Shown: piece after piece, positions 1-11,908 of the stretch | How the letters are laid out: every line of letters begins with the position of its first letter | Position numbering within the stretch: position 1 is the first letter of the stretch | Assembly: GCA_031362565.1 (NCBI GenBank) | Contig: JANLSU010000048.1 | Coordinates: 3,664-67,663, forward strand | DNA from: a bacterium | GTDB taxonomy: Bacteria; Krumholzibacteriota; Krumholzibacteriia; G020349025 | Length of the DNA stretch: 64,000 bases | Reading direction: 5' to 3' | Notes under the pieces: model-generated | The model's database searches: none | What the model saw: only the letters and a program-made list of their open reading frames with translations | What the model was told of the DNA's origin: nothing | Translations under genes and position numbers: made by a program

Positions 1-1953
<1,953 letters not shown>

Positions 1954-1957
<4 letters not shown>

Positions 1958-3636
1958 GGATGTGCCTCCCAACTGCGAATGTGCGCGACGATGGCTTCGA
2001 TCTCCGATTGCGCCAGGGCGCGCCGCGTGACGGAGCCGGTGCCAAATCCCAACATTGAACTGCCGCGCCGGCCGCGGCGAATGGTCTCCACGAGATAGGT
2101 GTCGGTCGCGTTCCGCAGCAACGTCGGGTTGGCGAGCGCGGTGCCTTCGCCGCCCTCGCCGTTCTTGCCGTGGCAGGCGCTGCAGCTCGCGGCGTAGAGC
2201 GCCGCGCCAATGCGCGCGTCGCCCGCGACCCAACGCGCCGGTTTGCCATCGTCGAGCGGACTTGCACCGCCACCCAAGCTGCGGACGTAGGCGACGACGA
2301 AATCGATTTCTGCCGGCCGCAAGCCGCCTTCCGACTCACCCCAGGCCGGCATGCGACGCGGCCGGCGTCCGTGCGTGATGGTGGCCTTGAGGAATGCGTC
2401 GGACGCGATCCCGAGGAAATCCGGATTGCCGATCGCCGGGAATGCCACCATGCCTGGATAACGCATCCCCTCCCCGTTCGACCCATGACACGCAGCGCAG
2501 AACGTGCCGAAGAGAGTGGCGCCATCGGCCGAGAACTCGCGCGCCCCGAACCGCTCGGCGCGCACCCGATCCTTTGGCCAGTACGCTTCGGGCAGATTGC
2601 TGCGCCGCAGCGACAGCATGTAGAAGACGAGCGCATCGATATCTTTTTCTGTGAGGCCGAATTCCGGCATCGCCGATCCGGCGACCACGACGGCGGGTTT
2701 GCGGAAATGCTCCGCGAGCCAGTTCGCGACCGTGTGGGCGCCCTCGACGTGGGTGAAATTGCGCTGCCCTGGATCCATCTCACCGATGCGAGTGAGATCT
2801 GGACCATCGTCACCGCCGACGCCGCCGACCTTGTGACAGCCGCGGCAGCCGCGCGAGTGGAAGACCGCCTTGGCCTCAACGAGTCCCGCCGCACCGACCC
2901 GCGACACCAGCAGCGCTTCGATGGCGTCGCGATCTTCGGGGGCGATTTCGGCGAACGACGTGCGCCACGCCCGAACGCGGCTCGTATCGCGCCGCGCCAA
3001 GTGGTGTGGGTACCAGTCGCGGTCGAAGCCGGCGGCGCCGACGCGCGACAGGTCGGGCCCTTCCATACCGCCGGCGCCGCCCGGACGTGTGGTGCCGCCG
3101 CGGCCGTCCAGTTTGTGACACGCCAGGCAGTCATTGCGCTCCACGAGATTCTTGCCGTGTTCCAGTGCGGCAAGGCGCGGCACTTCGAGATGGGTGTGAC
3201 ACCCACCGCAGCCTGCCGCGGCGTAGTGCCGCGGAATCATCGGCTGCGGCCAGTTGGGCACGTCGCCGTGCGCCGCGGCGCGCTCCGTAGCACGCCCCTG
3301 TCCGCCATGACAAACGGTGCAGCCGAACTCGCCGGGGTCATGAAAGACGTTGGGATGATGCGCAAAGAGCGCATTGCCGGCGACGCCCGTCTCGCCCGGC
3401 GCCATGCCGACGTGGCACGACACGCAGCGGTCCGCCGCATGCAAGTTGGGCACCACGATCTGCCGCAGCTGCACCTTGAATTCCGCGGCGTTGGCGGCGG
3501 GCAAGTGGCGTTTGTAGTCCCGCTGCACGACGCGCCACTCTTGCAAGGCGTTTTCGCGATACGCAGCCCATCCGAGCGCTACGAGCGTCGCGAGGCTCGA
3601 CCAAAGCAGCAGGTGTTTGTTGGCTCGTGCGTTCAT
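1954..3636 (-). CDS. Membrane-anchored heptahaem c-type cytochrome (five CxxCH motifs followed by two class-I-like CxxCHGxNGEG domains)
   Basis: The 560-aa ORF has an N-terminal transmembrane anchor, [18 protein letters not shown]. Seven CxxCH motifs are present: CVSCH, CTVCH, CGGCH, CLACH, CRGCH, CAACH, CSACH. Its stop overlaps the start of the Mo-enzyme gene. Confidence 0.85.
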
Positions 3637-3637
3637 G

Positions 3638-5206
3638 TCAATGCACCGGCCACTGGCTCGGCGACCAGAAGAATTCCCAGTTGGGGCCGCGGAAATGCAC
3701 CCCGATGATCGTCAGCACGACGTAACCGCACAGAAAGCAGGTGAAGAGCGCCACGGCACCGGCGCGCGTCGAGTCGTACTTCTTGACGAGCGCCACCGAG
3801 AACAAGGCATACAAGAGCGTCAGCACCGTGCCGGGGTTGATGGCGGTAATGACGAGTTGAGGCACGTGCGGCCACCACTGCCGGATCCAGCCGAAGCGGA
3901 TGACGAAGGCTTCCACTGCCAGCACCGTACCGAGCCCGAAGGCCGTCGAGCGCAGCACGGTTCGGACCCCACCCGGTCCGCCGAACCATTCACCCGTGCC
4001 CGCCGTTTCGCGCTCCAGAAACGGGATGAGCCCGAGCCCGAGAAGGACGATCGTCGGAATGCCGATGCCGCCCATGAACGCCGAGAACGACACGAGCTCC
4101 TGCAGCCCCAAGAAGTACCAAGGTGCCTTGGCGGGATTTTCGGGCACGGCGGGATTTGCCAGTTCCTTGAGCGGTGCATCCTTCAGCAATGCCAGCACCA
4201 CGCAAATGAGGATCGTCAGCATGAACGCGCCGGCTTCGGCATAGAAGAGATGTGGCATCGCGGGCACGGTGTTCTCGGGCCCATTGCCGACCGCCGGCGT
4301 CCGCCCGCGCACCACGGCCGCCAAGTGGTAGGTCTTCTGCGGCGTCTCGGTGAACACGGGATACGTCGAGGGCTCGAGCGGCTGCAACCGCTGGTCGGCA
4401 TCAGCGGGGCGGACAATCCCGCCGTCCTTGCGCACCCGCCACATGTGCACCCCGAGCAACCCTGTCAGCACGAGCGGCAGGATCATGACGTGCAACAAAT
4501 AGAAGCGGATCAGCGCTTCCTCGCCCACCGTTTCCGAACCCAAGAGCAGGAGCTTCGTGAGCCCGCCCGGATCGAAGTACTGGGTCAGGTGCAACGCGTC
4601 GGTCAGCTCACGTGGCGACTGGGCGATGTTGGCGCCGATGGTGATCGCCCAGTACGCGAGCTGGTCCCAAGGCAGGAGATACCCCGTGAACGATAGACCC
4701 AGCGTCACGGCGAGCAGCCCCATGCCGATGATCCAATTGAACTCGCGCGGCGGCCGGTAGCCGCCAGTGAAGAACACCCGTGCCATGTGCAGGAAGACGC
4801 CGACCACCATGATGTTGGCGGCCCAGCGATGGATGTTGCGGATGAAGCGCCCCGTGGGCACGACAAAATGAATGTCCTTCATCGACAAGTACGCCACATC
4901 GGGATAGGGCTTGTAGTAGAACATGAGCAGAATGCCTGTCACCAGGGTCAGGAAGAACGCCGCCGCTGTGATGACCCCGAGTCCCATCGTCGCCGACCAC
5001 CGCAGCGACCAGCGGTGCACGCGCACCGAGTGCAAGTGCAGGAACAGGCTGCTGAAGACGAAGGTCGAGCGGCTGCGATCGGAACGCGGTGCACCGGAAC
5101 GCACGACGGCGTCACGAAAGCGTTGCGGCGAGTGCCGCAGATTGTCGGCGAAGCGGCGCAGAGCCGGCGTCGCCTCCGGGGTGGGCGGGGCAGGCGCGAC
5201 ACTCAT
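3638..5206 (-). CDS. Cytochrome b (bc1/b6f-type quinol-oxidising subunit)
   Basis: The ORF-track protein 3638..5362 contains typical cytochrome b helices and His ligands (e.g. [48 protein letters not shown]). I chose the start at internal MSVAPAPP, where the ATG at 5206 overlaps the Rieske stop (ATGA). The upstream extension MSMPRF... overlaps the Rieske coding region. Confidence 0.85.
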   Translation of the reverse strand: MSVAPAPPTPEATPALRRFADNLRHSPQRFRDAVVRSGAPRSDRSRSTFVFSSLFLHLHSVRVHRWSLRWSATMGLGVITAAAFFLTLVTGILLMFYYKPYPDVAYLSMKDIHFVVPTGRFIRNIHRWAANIMVVGVFLHMARVFFTGGYRPPREFNWIIGMGLLAVTLGLSFTGYLLPWDQLAYWAITIGANIAQSPRELTDALHLTQYFDPGGLTKLLLLGSETVGEEALIRFYLLHVMILPLVLTGLLGVHMWRVRKDGGIVRPADADQRLQPLEPSTYPVFTETPQKTYHLAAVVRGRTPAVGNGPENTVPAMPHLFYAEAGAFMLTILICVVLALLKDAPLKELANPAVPENPAKAPWYFLGLQELVSFSAFMGGIGIPTIVLLGLGLIPFLERETAGTGEWFGGPGGVRTVLRSTAFGLGTVLAVEAFVIRFGWIRQWWPHVPQLVITAINPGTVLTLLYALFSVALVKKYDSTRAGAVALFTCFLCGYVVLTIIGVHFRGPNWEFFWSPSQWPVH

Positions 5207-5697
5207 ACGGCCACCTTCGTTCCCGGCGCAACGACTTTGCCCTCGTCGATCACGAACGTGTTGCCGCCGGTGTGGGTGACCGCGAGCCACGAGAGCGGCT
5301 TCGGCGCCGGGCCGCGGACGACCTGGCCGTCGGGACCGAAGCGCGAACCGTGGCATGGACAATGGAAGCCGTCTTCGGCCTGTTTGACGATGCAGCCCAG
5401 GTGGGTGCAGATCGTCGAAATCGCGAAGATGCCCGCCGCGTCGCGGAGAATCGCCACCGAGCGGCCCGGAGGCACGAACGCCACGCCGGGGGCGAGGGCG
5501 TCCGGCAACGTGACCCGGAATTTCTTCGACGGTGACGGCAAAACCGCCGCGCGCGGTAGGCGCGCGATGCCGAGTGTCGCGAACAGCAGAGTCGCGGTCG
5601 CCGACCAGATGGCGGCGATCCCCAGGAAATCACGCCGCGGCATCGCTTCAGGGTCGAGCCTCGAGCGTTTCGAACTCGCGGGCGCATTCGCGGTCAT
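5203..5697 (-). CDS. Rieske [2Fe-2S] protein with TAT-like signal
   Basis: Motifs CTHLGC and CPCHGS are present. The N-terminus is [31 protein letters not shown], with an RRDFL TAT-like motif. The start is taken at the internal ATG at 5697, which overlaps the stop of the upstream gene (ATGA). The ORF-track N-terminal extension is Arg-rich and lies in the upstream gene. Confidence 0.85.
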   Translation of the reverse strand: MTANAPASSKRSRLDPEAMPRRDFLGIAAIWSATATLLFATLGIARLPRAAVLPSPSKKFRVTLPDALAPGVAFVPPGRSVAILRDAAGIFAISTICTHLGCIVKQAEDGFHCPCHGSRFGPDGQVVRGPAPKPLSWLAVTHTGGNTFVIDEGKVVAPGTKVAV

Positions 5698-7676
5698 GCC
5701 GGTACCCTCCAAGTCACGTTGAACTGCACGCGCTCCATGCTGATGGCATCCACCGGACAGCGCATGGCACAGAGCGCGCAACGAATGCAGCGTTCTTCGT
5801 CCTTCAAGATGGCGGCGTTTGCGGCGAGATCGGCATCGGCGCCGAGCGCGTGACCGATTGCGGCCTGTAGATCGTTTGTCGGCTCGAGGTCGGTGAGCGG
5901 CACGATCTTGAGGCAGAGCGTCGGACAAACGTCGACGCAACCGCCGCAGAGCACACAGCGCGTGCCGTCGAAGACCGGCGTCACTCCGCAGTCGAGACAG
6001 CGTGACGCCTCACGCTGCGCCGCGGGCGCGTCGAAGCAAATCTCGACGCTGGCGCCTGGCGTGGCGAGGCGCTCGGCGGGTTCCAGGGTCGGAATGACGG
6101 CGCGGCGAATGTTCTCGTAGCCGGTCTCGCGCCGGTAGCGTGCCAGCGGCAAGTGTGCTTCGAGGACCTCCGCGGCCAGCGCGCGGCCCATCACCTGCGC
6201 GTAGATCGAGCGCGCCGCCTTCTTCCCCGACGCCACCGCGTCAATGAGAAGCCGCGTGCCGTGTGCCAAGTCACCGGCCACGAACACGCCGGGTGCAGAA
6301 GTCGCAAGCGTCTCGGGATCGACGCGCGGCCACCCCGGCCGCATCTCGTCGATATCCTCACCGCCCGGCCGCAAGAACGTCAGATCGGGTGCCTGCCCTG
6401 TCGCGAGCAATACGGTGTCGCAGGGCACGGTGCGCTGCTCGTCGTCGTCGAACAACGGCGCGAAGCGGCGATTCTCGTCGTACACCCGTACGCAACGCCG
6501 GAACACGACGGCCCGCACTGCGGCGCCGTCGCCACGCTGAATCTCGACCGGTCCCCAACCATTCAGGCGGTCGATGCCTTCCTCATCGCCTTCCCGGATC
6601 TCGACGGTGTCGGCGGGCATCTCCTCCAACGTCTCGAGCGATGCCAGCGTGACCCGGTGCATTCCGGGCAGGCGCGCAGCAGTGCGGGCCGTGTCATAGG
6701 CCACCTGCCGGACAACCGTGCGCGCGACGTCGTACGCAACGTTGCCACCGCCGATCACGACAACGTCGTGGCCGAGTTTCAGCGCCTCGCCGAGTGCCAC
6801 CGCACGCAGAAAATCGACACCGCCGAACACGAAGGGCCCGGCCTCGCCCGGAAGGTTCAAGCCGCGCGCCTTCTTGGCGCCAACGGCAATCAGGACTGCC
6901 GCGTAGTCGCGCCGCAGTGCCGCGAAGCTCACATCACGTCCGACCGCGACGCCACAGCGGATTTCGACCCCGAGAGCCTCGATGACCGCGATCTCGTGCC
7001 GAATGAGTTCGCGCGGCAGGCGATATTCCGGCACCCCGACGTACAACATGCCGGCAGGCACGGGTTCGATTTCGAACACGACCGGCCGGAATCCGAGGAG
7101 CGCCAAGTCGTGGGCCGCGGACAATCCCGCCGGTCCGGCACCAATGATCGCCACGCGCTGGCCGTTGGCGGGCGCGAAGCGGCCTTCAACGGCGCGATGC
7201 AGAAGCGCTGCCATCTCTTCCGCATCGGCGGCGACTTCGGGGACATAGCCACGCACCGCCGCGAGGACCGCAGCGCTTGGCTGGACACTGGCACCAAACA
7301 TCTCGCAGGCGAAACGTTTGAGAGCCCGAATCGCGATCGGCTGGTCGGCGCCCAAATAGACGCCATCGGCGTCGACGCGTGGAATGGTGCCGCGCCGGCA
7401 GGCCGCTTCACACGGCGCGCCGCAGACGCGACCGCAGATCGAAGCGAACGGATTCGGGCCGCGGGCGATGAGGTACGCTTCTTCGAAGCGCCCGGCGGCG
7501 ATGGCGCGGACGTAGCCGCGCGCGTCGGTGTGGACGGGGCAAGCACGCTGGCAGGAAATGAGGTCGCGGTGGTACCCGTCGCCGGGGACCGCCACCTGCA
7601 GCCGCGAACGCCCGAAGGGGGGTTCGGGCGTGGCGGCTTTGGCTGGCGCAGCTGAGATCCCCGGCTCTGGGCTCAT
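5694..7676 (-). CDS. GltD/NfnB/PreT-like FAD- and NAD(P)-binding oxidoreductase with an N-terminal [4Fe-4S] domain and a C-terminal 2x[4Fe-4S] ferredoxin domain
   Basis: The N-terminal Cys cluster is ISCQRACPV...[14 protein letters not shown]. Two Rossmann motifs follow: [17 protein letters not shown] and [17 protein letters not shown]. The C-terminal region reads [39 protein letters not shown] sequence lies just upstream of the ATG at 7676. This is the first gene of the operon. Confidence 0.8.
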   Translation of the reverse strand: MSPEPGISAAPAKAATPEPPFGRSRLQVAVPGDGYHRDLISCQRACPVHTDARGYVRAIAAGRFEEAYLIARGPNPFASICGRVCGAPCEAACRRGTIPRVDADGVYLGADQPIAIRALKRFACEMFGASVQPSAAVLAAVRGYVPEVAADAEEMAALLHRAVEGRFAPANGQRVAIIGAGPAGLSAAHDLALLGFRPVVFEIEPVPAGMLYVGVPEYRLPRELIRHEIAVIEALGVEIRCGVAVGRDVSFAALRRDYAAVLIAVGAKKARGLNLPGEAGPFVFGGVDFLRAVALGEALKLGHDVVVIGGGNVAYDVARTVVRQVAYDTARTAARLPGMHRVTLASLETLEEMPADTVEIREGDEEGIDRLNGWGPVEIQRGDGAAVRAVVFRRCVRVYDENRRFAPLFDDDEQRTVPCDTVLLATGQAPDLTFLRPGGEDIDEMRPGWPRVDPETLATSAPGVFVAGDLAHGTRLLIDAVASGKKAARSIYAQVMGRALAAEVLEAHLPLARYRRETGYENIRRAVIPTLEPAERLATPGASVEICFDAPAAQREASRCLDCGVTPVFDGTRCVLCGGCVDVCPTLCLKIVPLTDLEPTNDLQAAIGHALGADADLAANAAILKDEERCIRCALCAMRCPVDAISMERVQFNVTWRVPA

Positions 7677-7733
7677 GCCTCCGTCCCTTGAGTTTCGTAG
7701 GCCACCTGGATTTTCGGATTTACGGACCCGCTA

Positions 7734-7766
7734 GTCAAGTATTCCGCCTGATATTTTTAAAATACT
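7734..7766. promoter_or_regulatory. Candidate Rrf2/IscR-type operator in the divergent promoter region: GTCAAGTATTCCGCC followed by an imperfect AT-rich palindrome
   Basis: On the other strand the motif reads ATACTTGACT, which matches the left half of the IscR type-1 consensus ATASYYGACT. A near-identical 15-mer, GTCAAGTATTCGGCC, occurs at 46609..46623 upstream of the iscR-suf operon. The region 7677..7894 is AT-rich and intergenic between divergent genes. Confidence 0.4.
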
Positions 7767-7894
7767 GTCTAATAAGAAGTTACGATTTTTGTCGCTGATT
7801 CCTGGAAGCCGTTGCGTGGACTGGCTTTTGGCCCTAGGATTGAGTACCTGACTTTCGAGTCCGGTATTCACCGCGGTTTCGAAGGGACCCGCCC

Positions 7895-8341
7895 GTGTTC
7901 TCCCCGACCTGCCAGTACGCAATCCGCGCCCTGATGTACTTGGCACTGCATGAGGGAAAGGGAGCCGCTTTGGCGCGCGACATCGCCGCCGCCGAAGAAA
8001 TCCCGCGCCAATTCCTGTCGAAGATCCTGCATCAACTTGCACAGAAAGGGCTGGTGCGTTCGCAGAAGGGGCCGGGCGGCGGCTTCTTCCTTGCACGGGC
8101 TGCCAACGAACTCACCGTCGCCGAGATCACGATCGCCGTGGATGGCATCCAGCAGCCGGCGCGACGCTGTCTGCTCGGGCTCGAGGAATGCAGCGAAGTC
8201 GCGAGCTGTGCGCTCCATGAGGCGTGGAAGAAAGTCCGACTCGACTACGAACGCACCATCGGCGTTCTGACGCTCGCCGATTTGGTCGCGACCCGCGGGC
8301 TTCTGAACCCTCTGCCGCATCCGAACCCCACGGATCGGTAG
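7895..8341 (+). CDS. Rrf2-family transcriptional regulator (IscR/NsrR-like, three Cys for an Fe-S cluster)
   Basis: The 148-aa protein has a winged-helix N-terminus, MFSPTCQYAIRALMYLALH...GGGFFLAR. The Cys triad is RRCLLGLEECSEVASCALHEAW. It starts with GTG and is divergent from the respiratory operon. Confidence 0.8.
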   Translation: MFSPTCQYAIRALMYLALHEGKGAALARDIAAAEEIPRQFLSKILHQLAQKGLVRSQKGPGGGFFLARAANELTVAEITIAVDGIQQPARRCLLGLEECSEVASCALHEAWKKVRLDYERTIGVLTLADLVATRGLLNPLPHPNPTDR

Positions 8342-8617
8342 CTGCAACCTGTCGACTGTCCACCGGCCGAATGCAATCGAGCGGTGTGCTTCCCCAAACG
8401 AACCCGGCCACCAAGCTCTTACGAGCGAGGAGGCCGGGCTTCAGGGGCTCGCGAGGAGCCCAACTCTTTCGTGCGTCGCGACGTCGGAACGAAGCGAGCG
8501 CGACCGCGTTCTCTGCCGCGGAACGCACCGTTCGAATTGTCGTGTGCTGACGCCAGTATCGCGACAGGCACGGGGTGGAGTCAACTTGAAGTTGCGGAGA
8601 ACGCTGCAACGAAACTT

Positions 8618-8667
8618 TGTGAAATTTTTCACAACTAGTTCCGGACCGAGTTGTGAAAACTTTCACA
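8618..8667. promoter_or_regulatory. Two perfect CRP-family-like palindromes (TGTGA-N6-TCACA) 18 bp apart inside an AT-rich ~110-bp insert
   Basis: The first is TGTGAAATTTTTCACA (8618..8633) and the second TGTGAAAACTTTCACA (8652..8667). The insert is absent from the paralogous copy at ~10400. It lies in a convergent intergenic region, so a role as a promoter operator is uncertain. Confidence 0.3.
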
Positions 8668-8722
8668 AACTCGTGGGCGTGCGGGGAACTCGGAGCGCTG
8701 CGCACGGCGGCGGCACCTCGAG

Positions 8723-9391
8723 CTACTGGGCGGCGCGACGGCGCTCAGCCAGCTTGGCTTGGCGCACCCGGGACGGCAGGGGCTGGCGGAGTGCCGCTTC
8801 GGCGATCGACGAGGCATCGACCAAGCGGTCGAGGTCGACGCCGGTTTCGATGCCCATGCCGTGCGGCATGTACACGAGGTCCTCGGTGGCGAGGTTGCCG
8901 GTGGCGCCCGGCGCGTAGGGACAGCCACCCAAGCCGCCGGTCGAGGCATCGAACACGTGCACGCCGAGACCCAGCGCCGCCAGTGCGTTCGCGAGCGCCG
9001 TGCCGCGCGTGTCGTGGGAATGCAGTGCGAGCCTCTCGACATCGAAGGCCTCCAACAACAAGCCCACGACATCGTCGACTTGTGAGGGAACGCCGACCCC
9101 GATCGTATCGCCGATCGAAATTTCCTGCACCCCGAGCGCCAACAAATCGCCGGTGACGCGCGCGACGACGTGCGGATCGACGCGCCCCTCGTACGGGCAG
9201 CTGAAGCACGTCGAAACGTAGCCCTGCACTCGCACACCGGCACTGCGCGCCCAGACGACGACCGGCCGAAAGCGTTCGATCGACCCGGCGATCGACGCAT
9301 TGATGTTGCGCTGGTTGAAGGTTTCACTGACGGCCGTGAAGACGGCTATTTCTTGCACGCCGGCGGCGAGGGCCGCATCGAGCCCCTTCTC
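8723..9391 (-). pseudogene. Truncated HMG-CoA lyase paralog (C-terminal ~220 aa only; N-terminal catalytic part replaced by unrelated sequence)
   Basis: The ORF-track protein 8723..9682 matches the intact lyase at 10494..11420 from EKGLDAALAAGVQEIAVFTA onward. Its first ~97 aa (MCLPRASSSPISR...) have no similarity to the lyase and are low-complexity. Confidence 0.6.
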
Positions 9392-9446
9392 ATAACGACC
9401 AAAGGTGGTTGCTCTGCTTGAACGCCGCGGCCCGCATGCCGCGACG

Positions 9447-10082
9447 TCAGTGACACATGCCTCCCAATCGCGATGCCAAGAGGGCCAGGTCTGAACTGTC
9501 GATGTAGCCGTCTTTGGTGTAGTCGGAACATATCGAATAGTTCGGTTGTCCGACCTGGCTGGGGAACTTGTGGGCGAACCTTCCAAACTCCTCGGAATCC
9601 ACATCGCAATTGGCCGGGAAAGTGTCACAGCCGTTCGTGCGGATCGGGAGATTGGCGATGAGGACGCCCTCGGCAAGCACACTCAAGCCGTTGGCGCACC
9701 CGCCTGCGCGTAGGGCGCCCGTAAACTGGGTCCGGCCGTTGAGGTCCGTTGGCGCGTCGGCAATATTGCCACCCGGGCACATGCAAAGAAAGCTGTTGAA
9801 GAGCACGATTTCCTGCGCCGGCACGCCAGCCAACGGTGCCCCGTTACAATTCTTGAGGTAGACCTGAATGCCAATTCCGGCTGCCGCGAATGTTTCCCCG
9901 CCGCTCGGGTCTATGGTAACGACATCATACGGCTGCCCAGTACGATACGCGCCGGTGAAGACGCGCGAGAACAACACCGTGGCATACGAGGAATCCGCAC
10001 AGACGATGCCCATTGCCGGTACAGCCCACCCGATGAGGGCCACGGCAAGCGGAAAACTCGAAAATACATTCTTGAACTGCAT
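9447..10082 (-). CDS. Secreted Cys-rich hypothetical protein with a dockerin/EF-hand-like DxxxDGxIDxxD motif near the C-terminus
   Basis: Signal peptide MQFKNVFSSFPLAVALIGWAVPAMG. Twelve Cys residues. The motif is DYTKDGYIDSSDLALLASRLG. It lies in the unique segment between the two duplication copies. Confidence 0.55.
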   Translation of the reverse strand: MQFKNVFSSFPLAVALIGWAVPAMGIVCADSSYATVLFSRVFTGAYRTGQPYDVVTIDPSGGETFAAAGIGIQVYLKNCNGAPLAGVPAQEIVLFNSFLCMCPGGNIADAPTDLNGRTQFTGALRAGGCANGLSVLAEGVLIANLPIRTNGCDTFPANCDVDSEEFGRFAHKFPSQVGQPNYSICSDYTKDGYIDSSDLALLASRLGGMCH

Positions 10083-10151
10083 GTCTTGACCCTCCGAGGC
10101 GGAGAGAAGTTGGACCGTCGCGCGACGGAAAGAATATCACATCCGCGACTG

Positions 10152-11164
10152 GCGCCCCAAAGCGAACCCGGCCACAAGCTCTTGCAAGCGAGGCGGCCGG
10201 GCTTCAGGGGCTCACGAGGAGCCCAACTCTTGCGCGAAGCAAACTCAACGTCGCCTCTTCGGGACGGGCGCCGGGCCTGCGCACCGTCCATCGGATCCGC
10301 CGCGCCGAAACACGCCGACCGAGGAATCATCAAGTCCTTCGCGACGGCGAATGCGGTCGAGTTCCACCGCGCTCCGGAACGTACCGCGTAATTTGTCGTG
10401 CACTAGCGTCAGTATCGCGATCGAGACGGGGTGAGGTCAACTTGCAGTTGATCGTCATGCAAAAGGAACGGGCGGCGCGGCGGGCGGCGGCAGCTACCGG
10501 GCGGCGCGGCGGCGTTCGGAGAGCTTGGCTTGGCGCACCCGGGACGGCAGGGGCTGGCCGAGGGCCGCTTCGGCGATCGACGAGGCATCGACTAACCGGT
10601 CGAGGTCGACGCCGGTCTCGATGCCCATGCCGTGCAGCATGTACACCAGGTCCTCGGTGGCGAGGTTGCCGGTGGCGCCCGGCGCATAGGGACAGCCACC
10701 CAAGCCACCCGCCGAGGCATCGAAGACGTGCACCCCGAGGCCAAGTGCCGCCAACACGTTTGCGAGCGCCGTGCCGCGCGTGTCGTGGAAATGCAGCGCC
10801 AGGGTTCCGACATCGAAGGTCTCCAGCAGCAAGCCCACGACATCGACGACTTGCGAGGGAACACCGACCCCGATCGTGTCGCCGATCGAAACTTCCTGGA
10901 CGCCTAGTGCGAACAACTCGCCGGTCACCTGCTGCACGGCGCGCGGATCGACGCGCCCCTCGTACGGGCAGCCGAAGCACGTCGAGACGTAGCCCCGCAC
11001 TCGCACCCCGGCAGCGCGCGCCCGGACGACGACGGGACGAAAGCGTTCGATCGATTCGGCGATCGACGCATTGATGTTGCGCTGGTTGAAGGTTTCACTG
11101 GCGGCCGTGAAGACGGCAATTTCTTGCACGCCGGCGGCGAGGGCCGCATCGAGCCCCTTCGCGT
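10152..11164. repeat. Copy 2 of the segmental duplication (overlaps the intact HMG-CoA lyase gene 3-prime portion and its downstream element)
   Basis: See copy 1. It contains the same paired hairpin element at 10156..10240. Confidence 0.7.
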
Positions 11165-11420
11165 TGGGAACGAGGGCTGGATAGCGCGTTCCCGCCTGGC
11201 GGCGAAGGCGGGCGTACACCGTGTCCGAGGCCGCCATCTGTGGAATGGCCTGCGGGCTCACGAACGCGCCGGCCTCGACCGCCGGTAAACCCGCCGCCGC
11301 GAGGGCCTCGATGAAACGCACTTTGACGTCGACGTCGAGCGCCGCGGCGACGTTCTGCAGACCATCGCGCGGTCCGACCTCGTAAACCGTCACGTGCGCT
11401 GGCAGGATGCGGGAACTCAT
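10494..11420 (-). CDS. Hydroxymethylglutaryl-CoA lyase
   Basis: MSSRILPAHVTVYEVGPRDGLQN...HFHDTRGTALANVLAALGLGVHVFDASAGGLGGCPYAPGATGNLATEDLVYML matches the HMGL family signature. The start is chosen at the internal ATG at 11420, which overlaps the stop of the upstream gene (ATGA). Confidence 0.85.
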   Translation of the reverse strand: MSSRILPAHVTVYEVGPRDGLQNVAAALDVDVKVRFIEALAAAGLPAVEAGAFVSPQAIPQMAASDTVYARLRRQAGTRYPALVPNAKGLDAALAAGVQEIAVFTAASETFNQRNINASIAESIERFRPVVVRARAAGVRVRGYVSTCFGCPYEGRVDPRAVQQVTGELFALGVQEVSIGDTIGVGVPSQVVDVVGLLLETFDVGTLALHFHDTRGTALANVLAALGLGVHVFDASAGGLGGCPYAPGATGNLATEDLVYMLHGMGIETGVDLDRLVDASSIAEAALGQPLPSRVRQAKLSERRRAAR

Positions 11421-11908
11421 ACCGGTTCCGCCGCCAAACGCACCAACGTGACGCCGCTTGCGACTTGCGTGCCGGCGACGGCGTGCACGTGTTCGACGAT
11501 CCCGGCGCGCGGCGCGACGATTTCGTACTGCATCTTCATGGCTTCGAGAACGACCAACGTCTGATCCTTGAGAACCGTATCGCCGGCCGCCACCAAGACC
11601 TTCAACACCGCACCCGGCATGGGAGCGGTGAGTTCGCCGGGCGGCGGACCACCGCGCTTGCGGCTCGGGGTTTCGAGACGCAGATGGTGCACGTGGCCGT
11701 CGATCCAAATCCAGCGCTCGTCGCCCGACTTGGCGACGATGCAGCGCCGCTGCCGTCCCGCTTCGCGCAACACGTAGTCGCCCGGGCCCAGTTGATCCCA
11801 GGTGAAGATGCGCTCCCCGGCCGCGGTGGCGAGATGCAAGCGGTCGCCGTCGCGGCGTGCGGCGATTTCAACAAGCGTGTCGCCATTGCGAAAGCGGCGC
11901 GTGATCAT
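11417..11908 (-). CDS. Biotinyl (BCCP) domain protein. It is the C-terminal part of a methylcrotonyl/acyl-CoA carboxylase alpha subunit, encoded separately from the BC domain.
   Basis: Biotin attachment motif EAMKM in ...TLVVLEAMKMQYEIVAPRAGIV. The ATG at 11908 overlaps the stop of the biotin carboxylase ORF (ATGA). The upstream part of this ORF overlaps the BC coding region. Confidence 0.6.
   Translation of the reverse strand: MITRRFRNGDTLVEIAARRDGDRLHLATAAGERIFTWDQLGPGDYVLREAGRQRRCIVAKSGDERWIWIDGHVHHLRLETPSRKRGGPPPGELTAPMPGAVLKVLVAAGDTVLKDQTLVVLEAMKMQYEIVAPRAGIVEHVHAVAGTQVASGVTLVRLAAEPV

Larger units (their letters stand above)
8393..9404. repeat. Copy 1 of a ~1.0-kb segmental duplication: a hairpin-containing intergenic element plus the 3-prime two-thirds of HMG-CoA lyase
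   Basis: Direct nucleotide similarity (~90%+ by eye) to 10152..11164. The shared 5-prime element is CAAA(C)GAACCCGGCCAC(C)AAGCTCTT(A/G)C(G/A)AGCGAGG(A/C)GGCCGGGCTTCAGGGGCTC(G/A)CGAGGAGCCC with two hairpins. Identity ends after GCATCGAGCCCCTTC. Confidence 0.7.

Noticed and set aside
2170-3708. 512-aa plus-strand ORF, plus 1746..3206 minus
   Set aside because: Shadow frames overlapping the heptahaem cytochrome gene. No motifs; biased composition.
6153-7655. 500-aa plus-strand ORF opposite the GltD-like gene
   Set aside because: Antisense shadow ORF. The minus-strand product has canonical Fe-S, FAD and NAD motifs.
8604-8670. Interpreting the two TGTGA-N6-TCACA palindromes as a classical CRP-activated promoter
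   Set aside because: They lie between two convergent gene ends (rrf2 stop at 8341, lyase-fragment stop at 8723) with no downstream gene start. They are kept only as a low-confidence regulatory or mobile-element-derived feature.
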